From the NCBI GenBank assembly GCA_963675755.2, contig CAXXMD010000003.1:1024001-1088000 (forward strand): DNA of 64,000 bases, given 5' to 3'. A program made the translations under genes and the position numbers. This DNA is from a bacterium (GTDB lineage Bacteria > Zhuqueibacterota > Zhuqueibacteria > Residuimicrobiales > Krinioviventaceae). The notes under the pieces were generated by a model. It had not been told where the DNA came from and did not search any database. It worked only from the letters and a program-made list of their open reading frames with translations. Of the stretch, positions 11,901 through 19,554 are shown piece after piece; the first letter of the stretch is position 1, and every line of letters starts with the position of its first letter.

Positions 11901-14446
11901 TTGCCAACAGAACAGTCACCCTTTCTCAACAGGGTGTTAACACCACAATTACACCATCAACGGGCACAACCAATGAAAGCGGTACGTTTGGCGCGCTGGT
12001 GTCTTCAGTTACTCCGGGTACTGTTACACTGACAGCCGCAGCAGATGGTGTAGAACTGGATCAAACTGTAAACATTTCCTTCTTTTCAACTGATGCGTCA
12101 AAACTCACACGCATTAGTGATTCGGATATCATCGCCTTTCCGGGATCATTCCTTGCTGAACCACTCACTGTCAAAGTAACGGATAGCAGCAATCAACCGG
12201 TTGCCAACTATCCCATTACTTTTCAGTCTGAAAATACAGATATTGCCTTTGAATACAGCCAACCGGTTTATACAGATGAAGATGGCCTTGCCTCATGCAA
12301 TGTTCAGGTATGCCCAGAGCCCTGCGAACTGACTGTACAAGCGGTAGCAGGTGGTTTAACCGGAAGCCCCATGTCATTCAGCATTTATGTAATGATGCCG
12401 GAAAATCTCTCCGTTTATAAAATCAGCGGCGACAATCAAACCGGTCCTCTGGGACAATCATTATCTGAGCCGGTGGTAGTTCAGATCAAAGATGGTGACA
12501 ACAGACCCGCCGGTAACATGGGTATTCTGTTTTCATCAGAAAACACAGATGTTGCACAGGTTGATAGCGGTACGGTAAAAACCGCAGCTGATGGCAACGC
12601 CCAAACCACGATCAGTCTGGGTACCAAATCCGGACAAACTCAAATCACTGCCCGTATGGTTGGTACCAGCAAGCAGGTTACTTTTACTGTCTCTGCTACC
12701 TCAGATCAGGCTCAAAACCTTGCGCTTGCATCGGAGAATCCGCAATCAGTCAATGTCACTGAATCACTGGCATCTCCACTTTCTGTCAAAATCACTGATG
12801 ATGCCGGCAATGGCGTTGCAGACCGCGATGTTGTATTCAAGCTTATCAGCGGACCCGGTGAACTTGAAGGCGATACAACACAAACCAGCAATGCCTCGGG
12901 CTTAGCATCCATCGGGTTTACTGCAAGCACAACAAGCGGTACATCTCTTGTTAGAGCTGTCAGCGCTTCTGTTCCGGGTGATACCGTATGGTTTACAATC
13001 AAATGTCTGCCTGACGATGCCACAAGTATGGAAATTGCGGCTGGTAACAACCAAACCGGCATTGCAGGTCATAGATTAAACAATAAACTGTCAGTATTGG
13101 TCAGTGATCAGTATGGCAATGGTGTGCCTCAGGTAATGATTACATTCAGGGCCGCACAAGGCAGCATCGAACCGGACTCTATCGCCGTTAGTGATTCAAC
13201 CGGTCACGCCAAAGCAAGCTGGGTATTGGGAGCAAGTGCCACAACCCAAAGTGTTACAGCCATTAAAAACGGACTTGATAATTCTCCACTACAGTTTCAA
13301 GCCCAGGTATTGTCAAACAGTGCGCCTACCATTGCCATTTCAACGACAGATCTGACAGTTGCCGAAAACGACAGTATGAAATTTACGGTTCAGATTACAG
13401 ACGCCGAAAATGACAGTTTTACGGTTAATGTACAGGGCTTACCTGACGGTGCCGAATTTAATGCAAATGGCGTTTATAAATTTGCTTGGCTGCCCACTTA
13501 TTCACAGGCAGGGACATATGATATTAAATTCACAGCCACAGATACGCTGGGTGCAACAAGTCAAAAATTTATTCAATTAACCGTTACAAATGCAAACCGT
13601 AAACCGGTAATTGATCTGAATTCAAGTCTGCCTGTGGCCCATGTATTGGGAACTATTACTAAAGGTCAATCTATTGACTTTTATGTCAAAGCCACAGATG
13701 CTGATAATGATCCGCTCAACTATATCTGGTTGGTTAACAACGAAGCAAAAGCAACCACAGCTGAATACAAACTGCAAACCCAGAATCTCGACATCGGAAG
13801 TCTTACAGTTACAGCCTTGGTATTTGATCAACAGGATACTGTAAAAACCGCATGGATTGCTTCAATAACAACCGCAATTGAGCTGAAAGACTTTGCAGGT
13901 GTATTCAAGAATTTTGACGGTGTAGAACTGAACTGGAGCACACGACGTGAAACCGACAACAGCGGTTTTTATGTTCAACGAGCAACACAAAAAGCAGGCC
14001 CGTTTGAGACGGTAAGCAGTTTGATACCGTCAAACGAAAAAGGCACATATACCTTTACTGATCAGGAAGTTCAGGCAGGTAAAACGTATTATTACCGCCT
14101 TGAAGACCTACAGACAGATGGCAGCCGTACAACACATGAAATGATTACGGTTGAACCACCGCTTCCAAAATCATTTACACTGCATCAGAATTATCCGAAT
14201 CCGTTCAACCCGTCTACTACTATACGGTTTGAAACGCCAAAACCTTCCAAAATTACGCTGGTAGTCTATGACATTCTTGGACGTACGGTTAAAACGCTGA
14301 TCAATGATCGTATTGAGCCAGGTTACCATATCTCTAAATGGAACGGCACCAATGCACAGGATCTTATTGTTGCGGCAGGCGTTTACTATATGGTCTTGAA
14401 TACGGAAGAAGGTCGGTTTGTGAAAAAACTCGCGCTGGTTAAATAA
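5999..14446 (+). CDS. Giant secreted multidomain protein: SGNH hydrolase + FG-GAP/VCBS propeller + ASPIC/UnbV + CBM-like module + ~13 Big_1-type Ig repeats + T9SS-type C-terminal domain
   Basis: Signal peptide; LLGDSITWG / HLGTND / DMMHP; repeated D.(D/N).DG..D loops; repeated SG(N/D).Q...P..V.V.D..G.P repeats; C-terminal LHQNYPNPFNPST...KKLALVK. Confidence 0.85.
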   Translation: MERQLKLKHIVAILIIYAIQPLYSAAIPQGENAEPPFNGGVEYHNIDNINTNQRAISFRSLDNGLKDQLSEKGIAVSGSDNFSQITIQLNSAQTLAGKIDLTLDRNLSISPDNPLPAYIFVKGKTGYKLVSTETFNLDGSLSSIFGGQYTDEITVLVPQMESDAPSQIIASANVGEIINDDAVKIMLLGDSITWGEYDNAEEGLRKRLYERLTNAGYNFDFVGSWGEAPYEGHFRFSQKIDDFYPPDLLGGDHGNMDVTNPMNNHRPNIVAFHLGTNDLNSQYKDVGPYEENGEIINTQSGEVAVLIDYLLKWHNGEFGENLDYIIVSLIIPMEDTARSGTLEKCIEFNKEVARLARDYRNGVLTGQPEPVYICDHFSRLQENPYIWTNEYFDPMYDMMHPTKEGLDTMGDTYFDVFNYILSGETKWFRDITWYADVAGFADKYHSYKGVSLVDINQDGYDDIYVTRTAKGDADPRDAFYLSNPQLPYTESAFDYHIEDEEKSNSSVFVDIDNDGDFDMFNGSTTDSPNHLYLNQDNQDFEDISTLAGILNQIKTTTSTLAFDAENDGDMDILAINSEALNEYYVNDGNGSFTSTASNLRDVVEAGKYSISASAADFDNDGDVDIFLSKRETNNKLWLNDGAGNFSDVAEFAGVEGNYVSLNHNGASWADLDNDADLDLILGVSHTSSTPDPYLQVYENQGDGTFDNISNSLAIPMDGLAPIIGDFNNDGWEDILITSVADYSGLYLNQGNWTFAKENNSGTEVYAGDMRGGAPFDYDLDGDLDLIITRADVFNVMMQNNLSNGYNWLRVNAYGPDGNIGGYGTKIWVYESGHVDDADYLLSYREITSGAGYFSQYSPTQHIGMELHSQCDLLARFTDGTMVVMRNVAANQTITIRPEIPQNTGTDPALLAEYSGNNQEKIVGQTLDNPIVVKVTDDEGRPVEGSSVAFQVIEGDATLFIPDLTTDAISVETETGNLSGNMQWFYDLTASGNGFVAVPSYLGGSGSAELQVETAEADQFSVWVRFANAQASDQVTVAIDDYQAKTLTLSSQEGWQWVQIQENSVAYLYNLEQGSHSITLDINSGRPHIDKLLFTTDVNYVPTGAEEGENESPNLTDREGLARRFVELGQTAGEIIVEASLSYNGSPVDGSPVQFSLSALPGTPVTIEKTSGDAQAGDINVPLDEPFVVTIKDAFGNPIPDFQVVFLVLSGGGVIDNNAVNTDELGQASATLTPGSASGLQQVQAIAEGVPGSPVTFTAAIRGVASDMEYVSGNNQTGKVLEFLADPIQVKVLEENGGPAIGYQVNFAVLSDTGGVVDSTTYAAIQQGATVQADSSTQILTNVNGIAKGYWLLGKTAGTTSMQVNAGEINGSPITVNATATAGNPAVILQISGNGQTAAVNHSLPEPLVVRINDKYGNPISGHSVVFTAENGGGFDGSTQIVAQTSNLGDAKAEFSTGETAGTDIYEINASASYNGSEIPGSPVTFLASATSGSAANAYKISGDAQTDTVGHVLKQPFRVRVTDSYNNPVEGFEVRFWVENGNGSFNGQDIDTQVTNANGYASIDFTLDEKAGQNQVQAVFAGLSPEVIAFSATGVHDVPQKLLYVSGDDQSGVRGTRLNQPFQIRITDVFENPVQDHPVSYEVTSELGEIDGLSSFNTSTDELGLARAYLTLGEDLGDSNHVVTVSSEYIGQELDGSPYTFYASVKRGNPARIIPITSTSGLIGAPGQVLPDTIFVKVVDTDNLSIPNFTIKYSILTGNGRFEANDKDTLSVQTDSRGIAYAVWRLGDYQDAQQISVSAIYESEHLENSPLSFSAYAVSSGAEDLVYEAGNNQTGMVGQALPTPLAVKIKDGLGFPVSNHPVTFTVKGGSGTVGTRSDTLVHTNENGIASVIFTLGSEMGDNLHTVEARSSNKGTALTGSPYLFTASGEAGITDAALSTMSAESPIPASGDAFSSVLVKLKDIYGNALANRTVTLSQQGVNTTITPSTGTTNESGTFGALVSSVTPGTVTLTAAADGVELDQTVNISFFSTDASKLTRISDSDIIAFPGSFLAEPLTVKVTDSSNQPVANYPITFQSENTDIAFEYSQPVYTDEDGLASCNVQVCPEPCELTVQAVAGGLTGSPMSFSIYVMMPENLSVYKISGDNQTGPLGQSLSEPVVVQIKDGDNRPAGNMGILFSSENTDVAQVDSGTVKTAADGNAQTTISLGTKSGQTQITARMVGTSKQVTFTVSATSDQAQNLALASENPQSVNVTESLASPLSVKITDDAGNGVADRDVVFKLISGPGELEGDTTQTSNASGLASIGFTASTTSGTSLVRAVSASVPGDTVWFTIKCLPDDATSMEIAAGNNQTGIAGHRLNNKLSVLVSDQYGNGVPQVMITFRAAQGSIEPDSIAVSDSTGHAKASWVLGASATTQSVTAIKNGLDNSPLQFQAQVLSNSAPTIAISTTDLTVAENDSMKFTVQITDAENDSFTVNVQGLPDGAEFNANGVYKFAWLPTYSQAGTYDIKFTATDTLGATSQKFIQLTVTNANRKPVIDLNSSLPVAHVLGTITKGQSIDFYVKATDADNDPLNYIWLVNNEAKATTAEYKLQTQNLDIGSLTVTALVFDQQDTVKTAWIASITTAIELKDFAGVFKNFDGVELNWSTRRETDNSGFYVQRATQKAGPFETVSSLIPSNEKGTYTFTDQEVQAGKTYYYRLEDLQTDGSRTTHEMITVEPPLPKSFTLHQNYPNPFNPSTTIRFETPKPSKITLVVYDILGRTVKTLINDRIEPGYHISKWNGTNAQDLIVAAGVYYMVLNTEEGRFVKKLALVK

Positions 14447-14477
14447 AACTGGACTTGAACACTAGATTTGATATTAC

Positions 14478-14514
14478 AATCCGTCCGGGACCTCGGTTTT
14501 GGACGGATTTTTTT
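14478..14514 (+). terminator. Intrinsic terminator after the giant gene
   Basis: AATCCGTCC...GGACGGATT followed by a T-tract. Confidence 0.75.
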
Positions 14515-14545
14515 ATCCCCAAACTAAATATGAACAACTGGTAAA

Positions 14546-15220
14546 TCACTCTAGATTATACTCGAGGCTCATAAACTCGGCACTGTCATACTGCAGTAAA
14601 TATTCATCTGCGTCACCATTTGGCAGCGTTATCAATAGAATATACTGATCAATTTCTCCCCAAGCATCTCCTGCCTTGTCCAATTGTACCCAAACATTAT
14701 ATAATCGAACAAATGGTGCACTTTCCAGGCCCGTTTCTTCTTCAAAATAGATTATTTTTAATTCCAGCCCCTCGTATGAAGCGGTATCATCAGAAAATTG
14801 TGCTTTAAAGTTTAAATTACCAGCCGCAGATTGTTGTGACCTTCCCTGCCACTTGCTATCCAGTCTTCGGAATCCTTTATAATTCTCATAGAACATCTGC
14901 CCGTCAACCAATCCATTACGAAAATAAACGGCAAGATCATTCAGACTTTTCTGGTAAAAGTTCATCAACCCGTCACGGGATTCATCTTCAATCCCACTGA
15001 ACCCGACGGACAACCAGGGTGAAAAGTATACACGAACCGGACCCGTTTGGTATGCACTGTAATCTTTGCCCTGGTAATACCTTACATTTTCTGAAACCGG
15101 TACAAGATGATCAAGCTTTTCAACCATTTGAATACCACCCGCGCAATGCAGCATCATCAAAGCCACACTCAACCAGGCGCCGAACAAGGTAATTCGACTG
15201 ACAAATTTTAAACCATACAT
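14546..15220 (-). CDS. Hypothetical (lipo)protein
   Basis: 224-aa ORF with hydrophobic leader ending MLHC; no family recognised. Confidence 0.6.
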   Translation of the reverse strand: MYGLKFVSRITLFGAWLSVALMMLHCAGGIQMVEKLDHLVPVSENVRYYQGKDYSAYQTGPVRVYFSPWLSVGFSGIEDESRDGLMNFYQKSLNDLAVYFRNGLVDGQMFYENYKGFRRLDSKWQGRSQQSAAGNLNFKAQFSDDTASYEGLELKIIYFEEETGLESAPFVRLYNVWVQLDKAGDAWGEIDQYILLITLPNGDADEYLLQYDSAEFMSLEYNLE

Positions 15221-15394
15221 CTGGGGATCTTTCGATTCGAAATCAATTGTATATGAAATTAATTACCAGAGTTGACATGATGAAACAAAAAAAATCGCAA
15301 CTGGATTAATGACCAATATTTTACAGTATTGACTAATTTGCCAATATAAATCAGATTATCTAATAATACTAAACCCCATGAAAAAAAGCAAAAC

Positions 15395-15427
15395 AAAAAA
15401 GCACCTGTCTTGAACAGACAGGTGCTT
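15395..15427 (-). terminator. Intrinsic terminator
   Basis: AAGCACCTGTCT-tgaac-AGACAGGTGCTT perfect 12-bp stem with an A-tract on the left (T-tract on minus strand), just after the 15434 stop. Confidence 0.75.
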
Positions 15428-15433
15428 GATAAA

Positions 15434-16453
15434 TTATTTGCCCTGCAATTTATAATTTGAAGGGACCTCAAACTTGTCTGCGGATATATTGCCGGTTTTA
15501 ATATTTGTTACTTCATAAGAAGATTGGAACAACATTTTGTTTCCACCTTCAGATTTGGGCGCAACTTTTTTCTCTGCCATTTTTGACAATTTCTTGCCAA
15601 AGAATCCACCCAACGCACCGCCAACATCAGTTACATCTACATCATTACTTTCCTGGCTCTCTTGTTCCTGAGCGGCAGCTTGTTCCGAGGCATAAGCATT
15701 GGTAGTTACTGTATATTCCAAATCCATTTTCAGGGGATATCCTTTGATTTCGCCCATGGAATCCTGCAATTGAGAAGCTTGTTCCTTAAATGCCTGCATG
15801 AACTGGGCCATACCGCGATCTGAAGAAAAATCAAACCCTAATGCTTCTGCCAGTCTTTTTTCAAAATCAGCAGCTTTTTGCAATTCACTGGAAGTGATAG
15901 TACTGTTCCAGAAATTGCCCTTGAACAACATGGTGTCCAGCTTGCCGGTTTGTTTATGTGTTCCAATGGTCATAATCGTAGCCAGATAATGGTCACATTT
16001 AATCCCACTAATACTAATGGTCTCGCCTGTTTTTTTAACTTCAATAACAGGTTCCTGCCATTCATATTCTGACTCTATCTCTTCCTGTTCCTGTTGTTCG
16101 GGCATGTCATACATGGATTTACCGGATTCAAACAATTCCTTCATTTCTGCAAAAGTTGTTTCTGTATATTTTTTATCTTGATCAGTAAAATTCCACATTA
16201 ATTGTTTATCAAGACGGGTAATATCAATTGTAGTTCCTTTAGGGCTGAAATGCTTCATTATCGCACCCGTAAATTTCAATTGAGTTTCCGAACGCTTTGC
16301 ATCTCCCTGTACCATTACTTTACTTGTTGAGGTAAAACCTCCCATGCCATAAAATCCGGCACTACTTGCTTTTGACTCGATGGTAACTTGTGCGGATACT
16401 GCTGCAAAAAGTACTACCAACAACAATGCAGTAACGTTCAATACAGCTCTCAT
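15434..16453 (-). CDS. Secreted hypothetical protein, DUF4412-like
   Basis: Signal peptide (AVSA|Q), KKTGET..ISGIKC..Y and C-terminal FEVP..YK pattern; GGAG RBS. Confidence 0.7.
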   Translation of the reverse strand: MRAVLNVTALLLVVLFAAVSAQVTIESKASSAGFYGMGGFTSTSKVMVQGDAKRSETQLKFTGAIMKHFSPKGTTIDITRLDKQLMWNFTDQDKKYTETTFAEMKELFESGKSMYDMPEQQEQEEIESEYEWQEPVIEVKKTGETISISGIKCDHYLATIMTIGTHKQTGKLDTMLFKGNFWNSTITSSELQKAADFEKRLAEALGFDFSSDRGMAQFMQAFKEQASQLQDSMGEIKGYPLKMDLEYTVTTNAYASEQAAAQEQESQESNDVDVTDVGGALGGFFGKKLSKMAEKKVAPKSEGGNKMLFQSSYEVTNIKTGNISADKFEVPSNYKLQGK

Positions 16454-16588
16454 TTTGACTCCTATTTGTTTTTTTCATTGAATTAATTATATTTACATAC
16501 TACCAGAGTATAGTTTTAACAGAATTATAAAACAATTTATGCCCGTAGCAAATAAACAAAATTTTTATCATTTCAAAGTTAATTTTTT

Positions 16589-17482
16589 ATGAAAAATGCT
16601 GAAAATAAAATTATTTCTATCAATCCCCAAGAGCATGGCAACGCGGTTAACCGGTTTATTCAACATTTTGATCTGAAACCAGGCAAACCTGAAATCGATT
16701 ACCTGCAATCCATCTTGCAGCACTTTTCTTCCCTGCCCTATGAAAATATTAGCAAAATCGTCAAGCTTTCTAACGACTTTACCTCCAATGAACGCATACG
16801 CCTGCCGGAAGAAGTCATGGATGACCATGCCCATTATCATTTGGGCGGTACCTGTTTTTCATTAACTTTTTTTCTGCAATCCATTCTAATGGACCAGGGT
16901 TTTAACTGTTACCCGGTAATTGGCAGCATGCACAACCAGCCAAACGCTCACTGCGCACTGGTTGTGAATCTCAATAAAAAACAATACCTTGTAGACCCTG
17001 GCTATCTGTTAACAACACCCATGGAACTGAACAAAGACCGCCCCCGTATTTACAAAACACCCCAGTCTGGTGTAGAGTTGGTTTTCAATCAAAATAACGA
17101 GCATTATTTCCTTTGCACATTTGACCGAAATTTAAGTAAATGGCGTTACTTTTTTCAGAATGAACCGGTTTCTTTCAACATGTTTTTGCAATTCTGGTAC
17201 GATTCTTTCTACAAAAGTTCAATGCATGGTATCTGTATGACAAAGATCCGTAATAACGGTCTGGTCTATCTCCATAAGGATCTGCTACAAATATCAAATT
17301 ATGAAGGCAAGCAAAAGCAGCGGATTAAAAACAATTATCATCAAATTGTACAAGAAATATTCGGCATTGAACCGCAGCTCGTGGAAAAAGCACTGTACGC
17401 GATAAAGTTGAATATTGAACAACAGAAGCATTTGGGACTGTTTCAAAAAAACGAAAGGACTTTTCTGAGTGAAACCGATTGA
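16589..17482 (+). CDS. Arylamine N-acetyltransferase family protein
   Basis: PYENI, GGTCF, H and LVDPG form the Cys-His-Asp triad pattern. Confidence 0.85.
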   Translation: MKNAENKIISINPQEHGNAVNRFIQHFDLKPGKPEIDYLQSILQHFSSLPYENISKIVKLSNDFTSNERIRLPEEVMDDHAHYHLGGTCFSLTFFLQSILMDQGFNCYPVIGSMHNQPNAHCALVVNLNKKQYLVDPGYLLTTPMELNKDRPRIYKTPQSGVELVFNQNNEHYFLCTFDRNLSKWRYFFQNEPVSFNMFLQFWYDSFYKSSMHGICMTKIRNNGLVYLHKDLLQISNYEGKQKQRIKNNYHQIVQEIFGIEPQLVEKALYAIKLNIEQQKHLGLFQKNERTFLSETD

Positions 17483-17987
17483 ACCGCATCCGGTAAAACT
17501 GATTATAGGTGTATTATATAGCGATTCGGAACTCTGGAAACGCGCCCGTGAAAAAATGACAGACAATTATGGTCCCATTGATCACCAGACAAAAGATTTC
17601 CCTTTTGATAGTACACATTACTATGATCCGGAAATGGGCTCACCTATTTACCGGATCTTTTGTGGTTTTCAAATCCTCATTAATCCCGGAAGACTGGCAG
17701 ACATAAAAATTCAATGCAACGATATTGAAGACGCTCTGGCTGTAGACAATAACCGAAAAATCAATCTGGACCCCGGTTATCTGGATTATGACAAGTTTGT
17801 CCTGGCATCCGCAAAGTACAAAGGGCACAAGATTTACCTGAACCAGGGAATCTATGCAGATCCCACTCTCCATTATGAAAAAGGTCACTATATTCCCGGC
17901 GAATACTGCTTTCCTGATTTTAAAAGCGGTATTTATGAAAATGACTTTTTAAACTTTCGAACCCTGCTAAAAAATGCCTTAAAATAG
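17469..17987 (+). CDS. DUF4416-like conserved hypothetical protein
   Basis: F..T.YY..EMG, R.INLDPGYL, LAS.K...H.IYL..GIYA and FPD motifs; GTG start overlaps the upstream stop. Confidence 0.75.
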   Translation: MKPIEPHPVKLIIGVLYSDSELWKRAREKMTDNYGPIDHQTKDFPFDSTHYYDPEMGSPIYRIFCGFQILINPGRLADIKIQCNDIEDALAVDNNRKINLDPGYLDYDKFVLASAKYKGHKIYLNQGIYADPTLHYEKGHYIPGEYCFPDFKSGIYENDFLNFRTLLKNALK

Positions 17988-18162
17988 CCTCAGTAACATT
18001 TTCTTTTACCATAGATGGAATAATTCTTGCTTTTATGGGATTATTAAATGTACAGGGAAAAGGCCAAGGTCTTAACTCTATTGATTTATTGGTGTTACAA
18101 CTGCCCCACATTTGCCTCACTGACTGATAAATTTCCCCGTACAGACAATATTACCTAAATTA

Positions 18163-19545
18163 TTGGAGAGATATACCATGTATAGTCTTTTATCTATTGG
18201 TATACATATTAAAAAAAGCATATTGATTGTTACTCTGTCTTTAATATTCATCTCGGCTTCCATGGCTTTTTCAGATACAAACATGCCAACATCCGGTGAA
18301 CTGGAAAAATCTGCAGATACTATATTTTCTGAATCAAAAAAAATGTTTAATGACGCACAATACTGGGAATGTTCAAGAAATCTCATTCTTATTCTGGATA
18401 CATACCCCGATTATTCGGATATTGACCATGTAGTTTATATGCTGGGCGAATGTTTATACGAAGCTGAAATGCTGGAAGGATCGCGACGTATATTTGAATT
18501 CTTTATCTCTAAATATATCTCCAGTTCTTATCTTCCTTATGCACTTGCGGGCATTCAACGTACCCATTTTGAAATGGGCAGATATCAGGAAGCCATCGAT
18601 ATTTATAACATTATTATTCAGGGAAAACCTGAACCTGAATTATTGGATTATGTAAACTATTATGCAGGCTTGGCTTATTATTATAACAAGAATTACAATA
18701 AAGCCATTGAATCTCTGGCAGGGGTCAGAGAAAATTATCCTTATTCTGATTTCGCACAGTATACCCGTGGACTCGCCATGTTAAAGGCAGAAAAAGTCAG
18801 AGAAGCCATTGACGTCTTTCATAACATCTGCAAATTGCCTGTATATAATCAGGAGCGCCAAAGAATAGTAAATGAAGCACACCTTACACTGGGATTTCTA
18901 TATTATGAAATGGGATATTACCAGCATTCATTAAAAGAATTCAACAAAGTCTCCTCTGAATATGACAATTATGCATCCGTACTGCTTAGCGCAGGCTGGG
19001 CCGCAACAAAAATGGAAGACTATAAAGATGCCATTATTTATCTGACTGATTTTATTTCAAACTATCAGGAGAACTCTGAAATCCCGCAAGGATTGTTTCT
19101 CCTGGGACGCTGTTATCTGAAATTGGGATATTTTGAAGAAGCTTTGAAAAGTTATGATTATCTCATAGAGATTCTGCCCGCGAAAAATGTACTTCCCGGA
19201 ATGTTTGATAATATAAATGTATTTCTGACTGATCAGCTTGAAGAGATTGAAAAAATTAAAATGGATATCCTCCTTTTGGAAAGTAAATTTGTAGATATGT
19301 CTTTGAACATTGATGGAGATATCCCCGAATACATGATAGAAGAAAAAGACAGGGTACAAACCCAACGGTATACGCTTCTCGAACGCATTCGTATGGAAAG
19401 AGAAACCCTTAACGCGTTAACAGAAAAAATTGAAACGGTGCAGGTAATGGCTTCATCCAAAGATGAACAGCGCGAGTGGCGGGCTTATGCAGAGTATGGC
19501 AGATCCCGTGCAATGTATCTCTATAAACAAAAGAACCTGCCTTGA
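18163..19545 (+). CDS. Tetratricopeptide-repeat protein, probably exported
   Basis: Many TPR-like units (Y.LG..., A...LG..YY..G.Y..A) and a hydrophobic leader; true start may be slightly downstream. Confidence 0.8.
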   Translation: MERYTMYSLLSIGIHIKKSILIVTLSLIFISASMAFSDTNMPTSGELEKSADTIFSESKKMFNDAQYWECSRNLILILDTYPDYSDIDHVVYMLGECLYEAEMLEGSRRIFEFFISKYISSSYLPYALAGIQRTHFEMGRYQEAIDIYNIIIQGKPEPELLDYVNYYAGLAYYYNKNYNKAIESLAGVRENYPYSDFAQYTRGLAMLKAEKVREAIDVFHNICKLPVYNQERQRIVNEAHLTLGFLYYEMGYYQHSLKEFNKVSSEYDNYASVLLSAGWAATKMEDYKDAIIYLTDFISNYQENSEIPQGLFLLGRCYLKLGYFEEALKSYDYLIEILPAKNVLPGMFDNINVFLTDQLEEIEKIKMDILLLESKFVDMSLNIDGDIPEYMIEEKDRVQTQRYTLLERIRMERETLNALTEKIETVQVMASSKDEQREWRAYAEYGRSRAMYLYKQKNLP

Positions 19546-19554
19546 TTTTAATTT

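Noticed and set aside
15259-15471. 70-aa minus-strand ORF between two hypothetical genes
   Set aside because: It runs through a terminator hairpin and AT-rich spacer; no RBS or motif.
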